Shown piece after piece: positions 39,448-49,716 of a DNA stretch of 64,000 bases. This stretch comes from Clostridia bacterium (GTDB lineage Bacteria; Bacillota; Clostridia; CAKSNL01; HGM11501). The translations under genes and the position numbers were made by a program. How positions within the stretch are numbered: position 1 is the first letter of the stretch; the number at the start of each line of letters is the position of its first letter. The notes under the pieces were generated by a model. It was given only the letters and a program-made list of their open reading frames with translations, ran no database searches and was not told the origin of the DNA. The DNA lies in contig JAZQAZ010000018.1 of assembly GCA_045545475.1 (NCBI GenBank), forward strand, positions 45,375 through 109,374, in the 5' to 3' direction.

Positions 39448-40655
39448 AAAAGCTTTTGATTTTTGTAGTTGGTGTGGCAATTCTTTTGGTAAGCACAGGA
39501 GGATTTTATGACGCAAAGGAGATTGCCCACACGGTTTCTGTGATAGCCATGGGAATAGATAAAGGTGAAAATATGCCTTATCGTGTTTCTTTTCAAATAG
39601 AAAGAGTGGGTATCGGAGAGGGAGAATCATCTAAAGAAGATGAAGGAGAAAAAGAAAAAAGCAAAGATGTATTGGTGGTTGAAGCACCATCCATTCTTTC
39701 GGCTTTTGCCAGAGCCAACAGCATAAACAGCGTTGATTTAAGCATAAATAATGTGAAAATGGTTATCATCTCAAGTGAAATTGCAGAAAAAGGGGTTAAT
39801 GATGTGGTGGAGGAACTGTTTTCCGCTACGGAATTTAAGAATAATGCGTACCTTGCTTTAGCTGTGAAAAAGGCTGAGGATATACTTAAAAATGTGTCTC
39901 CCGAGGACGAGGAGTATATATCGGTTTACTATGAAGAAATAATTCATCGGCACTACAGGGAAGCAACACGGTATTTTCTTTTAAGCGAAACCTATTTCGA
40001 CTTGACGGCAGGGGGAGGAGATGTTGTTTTGCCCCTTGTTTCCCAAAGGAAGGAAGATGGTTTTGAAAACTATTTTTCGGACGACACCAAATCCGGTCTT
40101 ATTGCAGGGATGATTCCGAAGGAATCCAAGCATAAAGTGGAATTTTTGGGAGGAGCTGTATTGTCAGAAGGTATGCTGAAAGGGTATCTGTCTGAAAGCG
40201 AAATGCTTGCCTTAAGTTTTGCGGGCGGCTTTTTTGCTCCCAGGGATATAACGGTGGAATATCCTTTAGGCTCCGGGAATTTTGTGATTTTAACGCTTAG
40301 CCAGAATAAAAAAGGTAAAATAAAAACAGTACCCGAAGAAAAACTTATATCGGAAATTGAATTGTATCTTTCTGGAAACTATGAATATATTCCTCAAGGG
40401 AACTATGAAAGCTTTGACAGGAACTTTAAAAATTTCCTTGAAAAGGAAATTGAAAATGCTGTGAGAAAGGTTCTGACAAAGTGTCTGAGAGAGTATGATT
40501 CCGATATACTGGGGCTTATGAACCATGCCAAAATTCACTTTCTTGAAAATAAGGGAATGGAAGAATATAATATACATGAAAAAATGAAAGAGGCTGAAAT
40601 TATTTCGTCTGTCAGCTTGGAAACAGAGCGAAACGGGAGGTTGACATTTGAATGA
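39444..40655 (+). CDS. Spore germination receptor C subunit (Ger(x)C family)
   Basis: YDAKEI..VIAMGID, VIISSEIAEKG, SDILG motifs. Confidence 0.82.
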   Translation: MKKLLIFVVGVAILLVSTGGFYDAKEIAHTVSVIAMGIDKGENMPYRVSFQIERVGIGEGESSKEDEGEKEKSKDVLVVEAPSILSAFARANSINSVDLSINNVKMVIISSEIAEKGVNDVVEELFSATEFKNNAYLALAVKKAEDILKNVSPEDEEYISVYYEEIIHRHYREATRYFLLSETYFDLTAGGGDVVLPLVSQRKEDGFENYFSDDTKSGLIAGMIPKESKHKVEFLGGAVLSEGMLKGYLSESEMLALSFAGGFFAPRDITVEYPLGSGNFVILTLSQNKKGKIKTVPEEKLISEIELYLSGNYEYIPQGNYESFDRNFKNFLEKEIENAVRKVLTKCLREYDSDILGLMNHAKIHFLENKGMEEYNIHEKMKEAEIISSVSLETERNGRLTFE

Positions 40656-40882
40656 TTTTTTTTATCGAACTGGCAGAATATATTTTTATTACCTTTGCGG
40701 GAATAAGGGCAGTGGCCTACGGAATATGGAATATAAAAGAGAAAAATACATCAGGGGGAATTCTTTGCTTTTTCCTTTCGGGATTAGTTATCTTTCTTCT
40801 TTTATTAAAGCTTTACAAACCGGCCTAAAAGATGTATAATGATGAAAAAAGCTCCTGAAGGAGCGTACATAGGAGAAAAATT

Positions 40883-41296
40883 ATGAGAATAATGGGACTT
40901 GACTACGGCGATGTAAGAATAGGTATTGCCGTAAGTGACTTAACGGGAATGATTGCACAGTCAGTGGGCGTAATAAGCGGACGTGACGAGGAAAAAAGAA
41001 TGGCGGAGCTTGATTCCTACATAAAGGAATATAACCCGTCAGAAATCGTTTTGGGATATCCCTTGAATATGAACGGAACCAAGGGTGAGCGTGCAGAAAA
41101 AAGCGAAATTTTCCGTGATATTTTAGTGGAAAAATATGGCATTAAGGTTGTGCTGTGGGACGAGAGATTATCATCCATGGCGGCACACAGAACCTTGGAG
41201 GAAGCAGGAATAAGCGGTAAAAAAAGAACAGGCAAGGTTGACCCGCTTGCCGCCGCATTTATCCTTCAGGGCTATCTTGACAGCAAAGGATTTTAA
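40883..41296 (+). CDS. ruvX: YqgF/RuvX nuclease
   Basis: MGLDYGDVRIGIAVSD, WDERLSS, AAAFILQGYLD. Confidence 0.95.
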   Translation: MRIMGLDYGDVRIGIAVSDLTGMIAQSVGVISGRDEEKRMAELDSYIKEYNPSEIVLGYPLNMNGTKGERAEKSEIFRDILVEKYGIKVVLWDERLSSMAAHRTLEEAGISGKKRTGKVDPLAAAFILQGYLDSKGF

Positions 41297-41306
41297 AAAT
41301 AATTTC

Positions 41307-41332
41307 GGCACGGCTTCGGCTGTGCCTTTTTT
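41307..41332 (+). terminator. Intrinsic terminator
   Basis: GGCACGGC-TTCG-GCTGTGCC plus T6. Confidence 0.85.
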
Positions 41333-41435
41333 ATGCTGAAAAGCAGTTTTGTCCAAGTTCAAAGCAACATTGTCCTATTGACAGTGCTTTACAGATTGTG
41401 ATATAATTAACTATCACTTTTGAGGAGGTATATAT

Positions 41436-44219
41436 ATGAAAAGAGTATTAAGCTTGCTCCTTTGCCTGATGATGGTTTTGTCAGTTGTTTTTGCGATTCC
41501 TTCATCTGCGGCAGGGGAAGTGGTCTTAAAGCCTTCAGATGTGGACTATAATTCAGTAGTGTCCTACAGCGCTGACGGCATAAGAGGCCTTGAAAGAAAG
41601 GGTTATTTCGGCTTTAAGGATGTTGATTTAACCGGAATTAATTCAATTTCTATGGAGTTTTACAACAAAATGGCAGGAAACTCCAACGGTGAAACCTTAC
41701 TGGTTATGGTTGATGATCCCAAAAAGGGTGAGTGCATCGGCTCCCTTACAATGTCGGAGCTTGGCGAAAAGGTAACTGTTAAAACAGCAATCACACCCAC
41801 CACGGGAACACATGACCTTTATTTTTATTGTTTATATGGCAGACAGACCTGGAATGAACTTAAGGTTTTTGACATAACACTTTCTCCTGAAACCTATGTT
41901 CACGATACAGCGTCCGCCAAGGTTCCGGATTCTGCAATAATTGACAACTTCTCTGATACATGGGTTGCAACCGACGATATGGGAAGAAGTATTGCTACAT
42001 ATGAAGAAGCGGGCGACGTTAAGACTGACGGCCGTGAGGTTGGTATTTTATACTGGAACTGGTTTATAGATAAGGCACCCACAATCCGTGCATATGTAAT
42101 TCCCGAAATCGTGGCAGAAAAGCCCGAAGCAAAGGAAAACTATATGGACCCCATATGGGATCCTCAGGGTAAGTTCTACTGGGGCACACCCATATTCGGA
42201 TATTACACATCCTATGAATACTGGGTATATCGTAAGCATGCGGAGGTTCTTTCTCTTGCGGGTGTAGATGCAATTTTCTTTGACTATACCAATAGCGGTA
42301 ATAACTTCATTCCCACACTTAATATCCTTGCACAGGCGTTCCGAGATGCAAAAGCATCCGGTGTTGACATTCCGAGAATTTCGGGAATGATGACACTCGG
42401 CGGTGCAAAATCCGACGCTTTCAGAGGAAGAGCTGCAATTTATTATAACTGCTTTGTATTAAATGACTATTCCGATATCTGGTACTACCGCGACGGCAAG
42501 CCCTTATTATTCGGTAATGCGGCAACAAAGTTTGCAGCACCGGACGTTGATGCAGATAACAACTTTGAACCCGAGTTCCTTAAAGAAATGGATGATTTCT
42601 TCACCATAAGATATGCAGGCGCAAGAGGTAAGCAGAAGGGTCATAATAACGGTGTTGACGAGTGGATGTGGCTTGAAAACTTCCCCCAGCCCCTTCGTAA
42701 TGTTGATCCTGAAACAGGCAGAGCTGAATTTGTGGCTGTAGGTACAGCTATAAACGAATCTACTGTAATCGGCGGAGCTATGACAGGCGTATTTTCCGAC
42801 CAGTACTCAAAGGGAAGAGGCTTCTCCGAGGTATTCGGTGAAGATTATAGTGCTGACGGAATGAGAAAGGCATACTTCTTCCGTGAGCAGGCGGCCCTTG
42901 CTCTTAAGGCTGCTCCTGAATTTATCATGGTTGGCGGATGGAACGAATGGACAGCTGTAAGAAATGCTGTATATAACGGTTTCCCCAATGCCTTCGTTGA
43001 TACCTATGACTATGAAAACAGCCGTGACTTTGAGCCTAACGACGGCCCCTTAAAGGACGATTATTATATGCTTTTAACAGATATGATAAGAAAGTTCAAG
43101 GGCGTGCGTAAAGCTCCGGTAGCTTCAGGAATGACAACGATTGATGTAAATGGCGATGCATCTCAGTGGCAGAATGTAGGTCCTGCATTTATAAACGCTT
43201 ATCAGGATTATGAGCGTGACGGCGACGGTCTTGCAAAGCCCCGCTCAAGCGAAGCTTATCACTATACAACAACCGTTGTAAATGCAATTAAGGGCGCAAA
43301 GGTTTCCTTTGATGCTGAAAACATTTACTTTATGGTTGAGACAGAAAAGGATATAGTTAAGGATGCTGAAAACTTCCTTACACTTTATATCAACGTAGAC
43401 CGTAACCGTGCTACAGGTTGGGAAGGCTATGACTATGTTGTAAATAAAGACGGAATCGGAAAATTATCTTCATTTAACGGAAACGAATTTACAACAACAG
43501 CGATGGCTGACCTTACATACAGCATAAAGGGTAATATGCTCCAGATTGCAATCAAGAGAAGCGATATAGCAGAAAATGCAACCGTTGACCTTGAATTCAA
43601 GTGGACAGATTCTGTTGATGCTAATGGCAACTTCTTAAACCTTTACAAGGACGGAAGCGTTGCTCCTTACGGAAGGTTTAACTATCTCTACACGGAAATC
43701 GAGCAGACAACCTTGACTGATGCCGAAAGAAACGAAATGTATCATACATCCACCTCCGTAATCAAGGCAGGAAGCCCCAAGATGATTGCAAATGGTGGAA
43801 AGATGTATGTTCATGAGGCAGATATAAGAGTTACACCCTTCGAGGAAAACGGTACACTTTACGTTCCCGAATCTGCATATAATGAAATTATGGAATACGG
43901 CAGAAGCAAGACGGAATATAACAGCTTCTACAATATGTTCTTCACACATCACTATGATATGAACGACGAGCTTACAGAAACCGAAAATTACATCTGGACT
44001 TATTCACTTCTTGATTCATGTGAAGTAAGAGTAAACGGAAAGATTGCTACACTTTCCGCTCCCGTTAAGTATGTAAACGGAATATTCTTTGTTCCTGTTT
44101 CATTGATTGCAGAATGCTACGGCTGGGAAGTAAAGAGCCTTGGAAACGGTGTATACACAGTAAGTAAGCTTGGTGCAGATATGGCTACGGTAAATGCCGT
44201 AATGGGCCATCTTAACTAA
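41436..44219 (+). CDS. Paralog of 13697..16546: secreted CBM6-like, GH99/71-like, CBM9-like and stalk-domain protein
   Basis: Shares GNSNG, VGILYWNWF, YWVYR.HAE.L..AGVD, GWNEWTAVRN.VYNGF and NSRDFEP with the first copy. Confidence 0.72.
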   Translation: MKRVLSLLLCLMMVLSVVFAIPSSAAGEVVLKPSDVDYNSVVSYSADGIRGLERKGYFGFKDVDLTGINSISMEFYNKMAGNSNGETLLVMVDDPKKGECIGSLTMSELGEKVTVKTAITPTTGTHDLYFYCLYGRQTWNELKVFDITLSPETYVHDTASAKVPDSAIIDNFSDTWVATDDMGRSIATYEEAGDVKTDGREVGILYWNWFIDKAPTIRAYVIPEIVAEKPEAKENYMDPIWDPQGKFYWGTPIFGYYTSYEYWVYRKHAEVLSLAGVDAIFFDYTNSGNNFIPTLNILAQAFRDAKASGVDIPRISGMMTLGGAKSDAFRGRAAIYYNCFVLNDYSDIWYYRDGKPLLFGNAATKFAAPDVDADNNFEPEFLKEMDDFFTIRYAGARGKQKGHNNGVDEWMWLENFPQPLRNVDPETGRAEFVAVGTAINESTVIGGAMTGVFSDQYSKGRGFSEVFGEDYSADGMRKAYFFREQAALALKAAPEFIMVGGWNEWTAVRNAVYNGFPNAFVDTYDYENSRDFEPNDGPLKDDYYMLLTDMIRKFKGVRKAPVASGMTTIDVNGDASQWQNVGPAFINAYQDYERDGDGLAKPRSSEAYHYTTTVVNAIKGAKVSFDAENIYFMVETEKDIVKDAENFLTLYINVDRNRATGWEGYDYVVNKDGIGKLSSFNGNEFTTTAMADLTYSIKGNMLQIAIKRSDIAENATVDLEFKWTDSVDANGNFLNLYKDGSVAPYGRFNYLYTEIEQTTLTDAERNEMYHTSTSVIKAGSPKMIANGGKMYVHEADIRVTPFEENGTLYVPESAYNEIMEYGRSKTEYNSFYNMFFTHHYDMNDELTETENYIWTYSLLDSCEVRVNGKIATLSAPVKYVNGIFFVPVSLIAECYGWEVKSLGNGVYTVSKLGADMATVNAVMGHLN

Positions 44220-44233
44220 GGGAGGTGCTTATT

Positions 44234-46741
44234 ATGAAGAAAATATTTTCAATAATTCTTTGCTTAATGATGGCACTTTCTCTCATTATGACAGTAAGCG
44301 CCGAAAGCGAAATTCCTTTTAGCGAAAGCTGGAAAATGACAGTATCAAGCTATCACGGAGAAGGCACAAGCATAAGCAAAGCCTTTGACGATGATATTGA
44401 TACTCACTGGCATACAAGATATACCGCAAAGGACGGCTCTGTTGTAAGTCACGAACAGCCTCCTTTTGAAATCAAAATTGAATTCGGTGAAACACTTGAT
44501 GTTTCAGGCTGGAAATATACCCCCAGAACCGATAACGGTACAGGTACCGTTACCGCATATTCAATTTATGCCACAAAAGACGGCGAAAAATATGTAAAGA
44601 TTTATGACGGTAAGTTTGACTATATCGGCGGAGCAAACGTGGTACGTGAGCCCTCCACCGCTTCCTGGGGAAGCTACGATATGTCGGGAATCATAATTTA
44701 TGTTACCGAAGGTCTCGGTGGCTACGGAACCGCTGCTGAAATTGACTTCCTCACAGGAACAAGCGGAGAAGCTTTGACAAACGGTGAAGAATATAAAGGC
44801 ATCCCCGAAGAGGAGAGTCCCGAAAACGGATATATCCCGGGAACAGAACTTGTAAACGAAAATTGGGAAATAGTTGCCTCCAGCGAGCTTGACGGAAACC
44901 CCATCGCACGTGCATTTGACGGGGGAGATGCAAACTTCTGGCATTCTCATTACGATGTTGTGGACGGTTCTCCCGTAAGTACAGACCAGTACCCCTTTAC
45001 AATAACAGTAACCTTCCCCGAAATGACAAAGGTATCTGGATGGTTATACTATCCCAGAACTGACAATGCTACAGGTGTATTCTTAAATTACACAATTCAG
45101 GGATCAACTGACGGAACCACCTTCAAGGATATTTATTCGGGAAGCTTTGACTATCTTGAGCCTGCTGCAACAAACTTCAAGCCTTCCGGTGCATCCTGGG
45201 GCGATACCGAAGTTAAAGCAATAAAAATTCTTGCAACAAAAACAAGAGGCGACAAGTATGCAACTGCCTGCGAAATCAAGTTCTTCACAGGTGGCGAAAA
45301 GGTGGAAGCTTCAAAGCCTGCAGATAAGCCTGCAGAATCAACCGGAGGATCCGGAAGCGGAAGTGCCGGCGAAAGAGTAAGCTCAACTGGTCTTAAGCTT
45401 CTTCCCAAATCCGGCTGGAAGCTTACAGTAAATTCCGACAACGGAAACTCCATCGGAAGAGCACTTGACGGGGATGTGAACACCTACTGGCATTCACACT
45501 ACACCCACGAAGGTCCTACAATAACAGGTCACGACAATCCTCCTTATTACCTTGAGCTTACACTTCCCGAGATAACGGAAATCGGAGGCGTTGTGCTTGT
45601 ACCCAGACAGGACGGTAAAAACGGTCTTTTCTACAACGGAAACCTTTATGTGTCCGACTCCGATGACGGGGAATACTTCCTCTTAAAGTCTGACCTCGCT
45701 TTCTCAAACAGCCTTGCGGACAGAGAAATGCTCTTTGTTGCAAATATAAAGGTTAAGAGAGTAAAGTTTGAGGTTACTGCATCTCAGGGTGGCTACGGAT
45801 GTCTCGCTGAATTTGACCTTGTTGCTAAAAATGATGATAATGAAACCGTAAGCTTCGAAGAATACGACGCTATGGACAGACTTTATGCGCTTTATGAAAT
45901 AGACAGAAATCTGTTCAATGTTGAATATGAAGGTGCAAACTGGGCAGGTCACGAGCCTCCTATGGCGTTTGACGGTGCGGAAACAACCTTCTGGCAGACA
46001 GATGCTGTTGATAAGGACACAACAGTAAGCCTTAAGATCGATATGCAGAGAGTAATCGGAGTAAAGGAAATAGTTTATATTCCGAGACAGACAGAGGATT
46101 GTCACGGCTGCTGGATGGGCGTAAACATCTGGGGAAGTAAGGACGGCGAGACCTGGGAGCCCGTTAAGGAAGGCCTTACATATGAAAAGGACATTACAAC
46201 AAAGACCATAACGCTTGATGAAGAAGTTTATTACAGATATTTCGAATTTGAAATATACGATTATTTCGCATCAAGAGTATCTGCGGCAGAAATCAAGTTC
46301 TTCCAGTCAAGGGATGCAAGGGATAAACTTAATTCCGCTGAGGGAGAAGAATATATCCTTAAGATTGGATCTAAGGATATTCAGTATAAGAATGCCGACG
46401 GCGAAGGAACAAAGACAATCGACGTTGCACCTTATATTGTAAATGGCTCAACATTAATTCCACTAAGAGGTCTTGTCGAACTGATGGGTGCTGAAATTAC
46501 ATGGGATGGCGAAACTCAGACGATAGGTCTTGATAACGGCATTTATGAAATGACTCTTCAGATATGCAACAAGCTTGTATATGTTAAGGATCCTAAATAC
46601 GGAAATATTAAGTACACACTTCTCAATTTCCCCGTAATTACAGATAACCGCACATTTATCCCCGTGAGATTCGTATCGGAACAGCTGGGATATAAGGTTG
46701 AATGGGATGGAGAAACTCAAGAGATCACGATTACAAAATAA
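44234..46741 (+). CDS. Secreted protein with four F5/8 type C (discoidin) domains and a C-terminal stalk (Cu-amine-oxidase N-terminal-like) domain
   Basis: Four AFD/ALD..W(H/Q) repeats; APYIVNGSTLIPLR and RTFIPVRFVSEQLGYKVEWD. Confidence 0.85.
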   Translation: MKKIFSIILCLMMALSLIMTVSAESEIPFSESWKMTVSSYHGEGTSISKAFDDDIDTHWHTRYTAKDGSVVSHEQPPFEIKIEFGETLDVSGWKYTPRTDNGTGTVTAYSIYATKDGEKYVKIYDGKFDYIGGANVVREPSTASWGSYDMSGIIIYVTEGLGGYGTAAEIDFLTGTSGEALTNGEEYKGIPEEESPENGYIPGTELVNENWEIVASSELDGNPIARAFDGGDANFWHSHYDVVDGSPVSTDQYPFTITVTFPEMTKVSGWLYYPRTDNATGVFLNYTIQGSTDGTTFKDIYSGSFDYLEPAATNFKPSGASWGDTEVKAIKILATKTRGDKYATACEIKFFTGGEKVEASKPADKPAESTGGSGSGSAGERVSSTGLKLLPKSGWKLTVNSDNGNSIGRALDGDVNTYWHSHYTHEGPTITGHDNPPYYLELTLPEITEIGGVVLVPRQDGKNGLFYNGNLYVSDSDDGEYFLLKSDLAFSNSLADREMLFVANIKVKRVKFEVTASQGGYGCLAEFDLVAKNDDNETVSFEEYDAMDRLYALYEIDRNLFNVEYEGANWAGHEPPMAFDGAETTFWQTDAVDKDTTVSLKIDMQRVIGVKEIVYIPRQTEDCHGCWMGVNIWGSKDGETWEPVKEGLTYEKDITTKTITLDEEVYYRYFEFEIYDYFASRVSAAEIKFFQSRDARDKLNSAEGEEYILKIGSKDIQYKNADGEGTKTIDVAPYIVNGSTLIPLRGLVELMGAEITWDGETQTIGLDNGIYEMTLQICNKLVYVKDPKYGNIKYTLLNFPVITDNRTFIPVRFVSEQLGYKVEWDGETQEITITK

Positions 46742-46743
46742 TT

Positions 46744-46780
46744 AAAAAGAAAGACTTGTTTTTACAAGTCTTTCTTTTTG
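46744..46780 (+). terminator. Intrinsic terminator
   Basis: AAAGAAAGACTTGT/ACAAGTCTTTCTTT. Confidence 0.8.
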
Positions 46781-46860
46781 CTTTTCAGCCATATATTGTT
46801 TGACAGAACGTGAAAAATATGGTATACTAAATTGATAAATAATGCTTTGGAGGGAATGCT

Positions 46861-47832
46861 ATGGCGGAAAAGGTTTTTAAAGTTCATCTTAAAAAAATGG
46901 TAGACCATTTTAAGCTTGAAGCAATTCACGAGCCTGAAAATATCGAAAAGATAAAAATTAAAAATTCAGATATTTTCAGACCCGGTATTCAGCTGGCGGT
47001 GGATTTTTTTGAGCATTTTGATAATACCAGACTTCAGCTTTTCGGAAAGGTGGAAATTGCATATCTTGCGAGTCTGACAAGCGAGAAAAGACTTTCTGTT
47101 TTGAAAAATCTTTTTTCTCACAATGTCCCTGCAGTTGTTATAACAAGAGGACTTGAGGTTTTTCCTGAATTTGTTGAGGCAGCAGAGGAATATGATATTC
47201 CTTTATACAGAACGGGGAGCGGAAGCTCGGCTTTCATGAGTGCGTTAATTGCCTGGCTTAATTTAGAGCTTGCACCCAGAATTACCCGTCACGGCGTTTT
47301 GGTTGAAGTATACGGTGAAGGTGTGCTTATTTTGGGAGAAAGCGGAGTTGGTAAAAGTGAGGCGGCGGTTGAGCTTCTTAAGAGAGGTCACAGACTCGTT
47401 GCCGACGATGCCGTTGAAATTAAAAGAGTGTCTGCCATTTCAGTTGTCGGAAGTGCCCCTGAAATCATCCGTCACTTTATAGAAATCCGTGGTATCGGAA
47501 TCGTTGACGTAAGAAAAATTTTCGGTATGGGTGCTGTTAAAAACTCCGAGAAAATCGACCTTATCATAAATTTGGAACAGTGGGATAAAGAAAAGTCCTA
47601 TGACAGACTTGGTATGGAAAACGAAACAACGGACATATTGGGAATTAAAATTCCTTCTGTAACCGTTCCCATCCGTCCGGGCAGAAACTTAGCTGTAATT
47701 GTTGAGGTTGCGGCGATGAACAACCGTCAGAAGAAGATGGGATTCAATGCGGCTGAGGAATTAAGCGACAGAATAACAAAACAAATGGAATTAACTATGC
47801 TTGAAGAAGCAGAAGATGAAGACGAAGAATAA
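46861..47832 (+). CDS. hprK: HPr(Ser) kinase/phosphorylase
   Basis: HGVLVEVYG, GESGVGKSE, LVADD, IEIRGIGI, PIRPGRN. Confidence 0.96.
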   Translation: MAEKVFKVHLKKMVDHFKLEAIHEPENIEKIKIKNSDIFRPGIQLAVDFFEHFDNTRLQLFGKVEIAYLASLTSEKRLSVLKNLFSHNVPAVVITRGLEVFPEFVEAAEEYDIPLYRTGSGSSAFMSALIAWLNLELAPRITRHGVLVEVYGEGVLILGESGVGKSEAAVELLKRGHRLVADDAVEIKRVSAISVVGSAPEIIRHFIEIRGIGIVDVRKIFGMGAVKNSEKIDLIINLEQWDKEKSYDRLGMENETTDILGIKIPSVTVPIRPGRNLAVIVEVAAMNNRQKKMGFNAAEELSDRITKQMELTMLEEAEDEDEE

Positions 47833-47844
47833 GGAGTTGTAACT

Positions 47845-48789
47845 ATGTATTATTTAGCAGTAGATTTAGGCGGTACAAATATAAAGGCAGGTCTTGTAGA
47901 TGAAAATGGTAACATCTTAAACCGTGCACAACGCCCAACAGGTGCCGAAAGAGGATACGAAGAAATTGCAAAGGACATAAGTCTTTGTGCATTGGAAGCG
48001 GCTGAGGTTGCAGGCGTTTCTCTTGATGAGATTGAATCCGTAGGTATCGGAAGTCCCGGAACAATCGATAATAAAAAGGGCATAATAGTTTATGCAAACA
48101 ACATAAATTTCAGAAATACACCTTTAAGGGCTGAAATGCAGAAATATATCAATAAGCCCATATATATGGGTAACGATGCAAACTGTGCGGCACTTGGCGA
48201 ATATGTAATGCTTAAACAGGATATGGATTGCTTCGTATTCGTAACATTGGGCACAGGCGTTGGCGGCGGTGTTATCATAAACGGTAAGCTTTTCACAGGC
48301 TTTAACGGTGCAGGAACAGAGCTTGGACACACCACACTCTTTATGGGAGGAAAGGAATGTACCTGCGGTAAGAAGGGATGCTGGGAGCGTTATGCTGCAA
48401 CAACTGCGGTTATCGATATGACCAAGGAAGCGGTTAAAGAAAATCCCAATTCTTATCTTGCATCCCTCTGTGACGGAGATATTGAAAAGGTTGGCGGAAA
48501 AACCGCATTCACAGCAATGGAAAACGGCGATGAACTTGGAACGAAGATTGTTAATCAGTGGATAGAATATGTTGCAGAAGGTATTACAAACATGGTAAAT
48601 ATTTTCCAGCCTGAAGTTTTATCCATCGGTGGAGCAATCAGTCGTGAAGGCGACAGAATCTTAAAGCCTATCATAAAATATGTTGAAGAAAACCGTTATT
48701 CAAGAGATGTTGAGCAGACTAAAATTCAGATTGCCAAGTACGGTAACGATGCAGGTTTAATAGGTGCGGCGTTCCTTGGCAAACATTAA
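47845..48789 (+). CDS. ROK family sugar kinase (glucokinase-like)
   Basis: DLGGT, NDANCAALGE, ELGH..CTCGKKGCWE. Confidence 0.92.
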   Translation: MYYLAVDLGGTNIKAGLVDENGNILNRAQRPTGAERGYEEIAKDISLCALEAAEVAGVSLDEIESVGIGSPGTIDNKKGIIVYANNINFRNTPLRAEMQKYINKPIYMGNDANCAALGEYVMLKQDMDCFVFVTLGTGVGGGVIINGKLFTGFNGAGTELGHTTLFMGGKECTCGKKGCWERYAATTAVIDMTKEAVKENPNSYLASLCDGDIEKVGGKTAFTAMENGDELGTKIVNQWIEYVAEGITNMVNIFQPEVLSIGGAISREGDRILKPIIKYVEENRYSRDVEQTKIQIAKYGNDAGLIGAAFLGKH

Positions 48790-48801
48790 TCGGAGGTAAT
48801 T

Positions 48802-49689
48802 ATGGAGCGTTTTTTCGAGAAAATTGCAAAAATTACAAAAGTAACGGAAAACGAACCGATGAAAAAACACACAACTTTCAGAATCGGAGGACCCGCCCGC
48901 TTTTTTGCAGAACCCGGATCCTCGGAAGAACTTATAGCTCTATTAAAGACTGCTAAAGAAAGCGGAATCAAGCCCATTGTTTTGGGCCGTGGTTCAAATG
49001 TGCTTGTGGCGGATGAAGGCCTTGATACACTTGTAATATCTATCGGAGAAAATTTTTCTGATATAAAGGTCGTAGGTAATGAAATATATGCCTCTGCCGG
49101 TGCATCGCTTTCTGCCATAGCTCAGGCGGCACTAAAAAACTCGCTTACAGGATTTGAGTTTGCATCAGGCATTCCGGGAAGCATCGGCGGTGCGGTTTAC
49201 ATGAACGCAGGAGCCTATGGCGGAGAAATGAAGGATGTGATTATAAAAAGCTTCTATCTTGACGAAGATTTGTGTGAGAGAGAATGCACAGATCATGAAT
49301 TTTCCTACAGAAAAAGCTTTTACACGGGCAAAGATTTTGTCATAACCGGTGCAAAAATTCGTCTTAAAGAAGGAGACGCGGCACAGATTGGCGAAAGCAT
49401 GGCAAACCTTGCTAAAAAGCGCCGTGAAAAACAGCCAATTCAGATGCCCAGTGCAGGAAGTGTGTTTAAAAGACCTGAGGGGTATTTTGCAGGTGCATTA
49501 ATTGAAGAGGCAGGTTTAAAAGGGTATCGTATCGGCGGTGCGGAAGTTTCTGCTTTGCATGCAGGATTTATAGTTAATGCAGGAAATGCAACATGCAAGG
49601 ATGTACTTGATTTAATTTCTCATATTCAGAAAACAGTTTATGAAAAAAACGGAGTAAAGCTTGAAACAGAGGTTAAAAAAATAGGATAG
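48802..49689 (+). CDS. murB: UDP-N-acetylenolpyruvoylglucosamine reductase
   Basis: HTTFRIGG, GRGSN, IPGSIGGAVYMNAGAYG, PSAGSVFKRP. Confidence 0.96.
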   Translation: MERFFEKIAKITKVTENEPMKKHTTFRIGGPARFFAEPGSSEELIALLKTAKESGIKPIVLGRGSNVLVADEGLDTLVISIGENFSDIKVVGNEIYASAGASLSAIAQAALKNSLTGFEFASGIPGSIGGAVYMNAGAYGGEMKDVIIKSFYLDEDLCERECTDHEFSYRKSFYTGKDFVITGAKIRLKEGDAAQIGESMANLAKKRREKQPIQMPSAGSVFKRPEGYFAGALIEEAGLKGYRIGGAEVSALHAGFIVNAGNATCKDVLDLISHIQKTVYEKNGVKLETEVKKIG

Positions 49690-49716
49690 AAAAGTCTCCG
49701 GGAAAGGAATTTTGCT

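Noticed and set aside
46350-46741. Copper amine oxidase enzyme
   Set aside because: Only the non-catalytic stalk domain is present.
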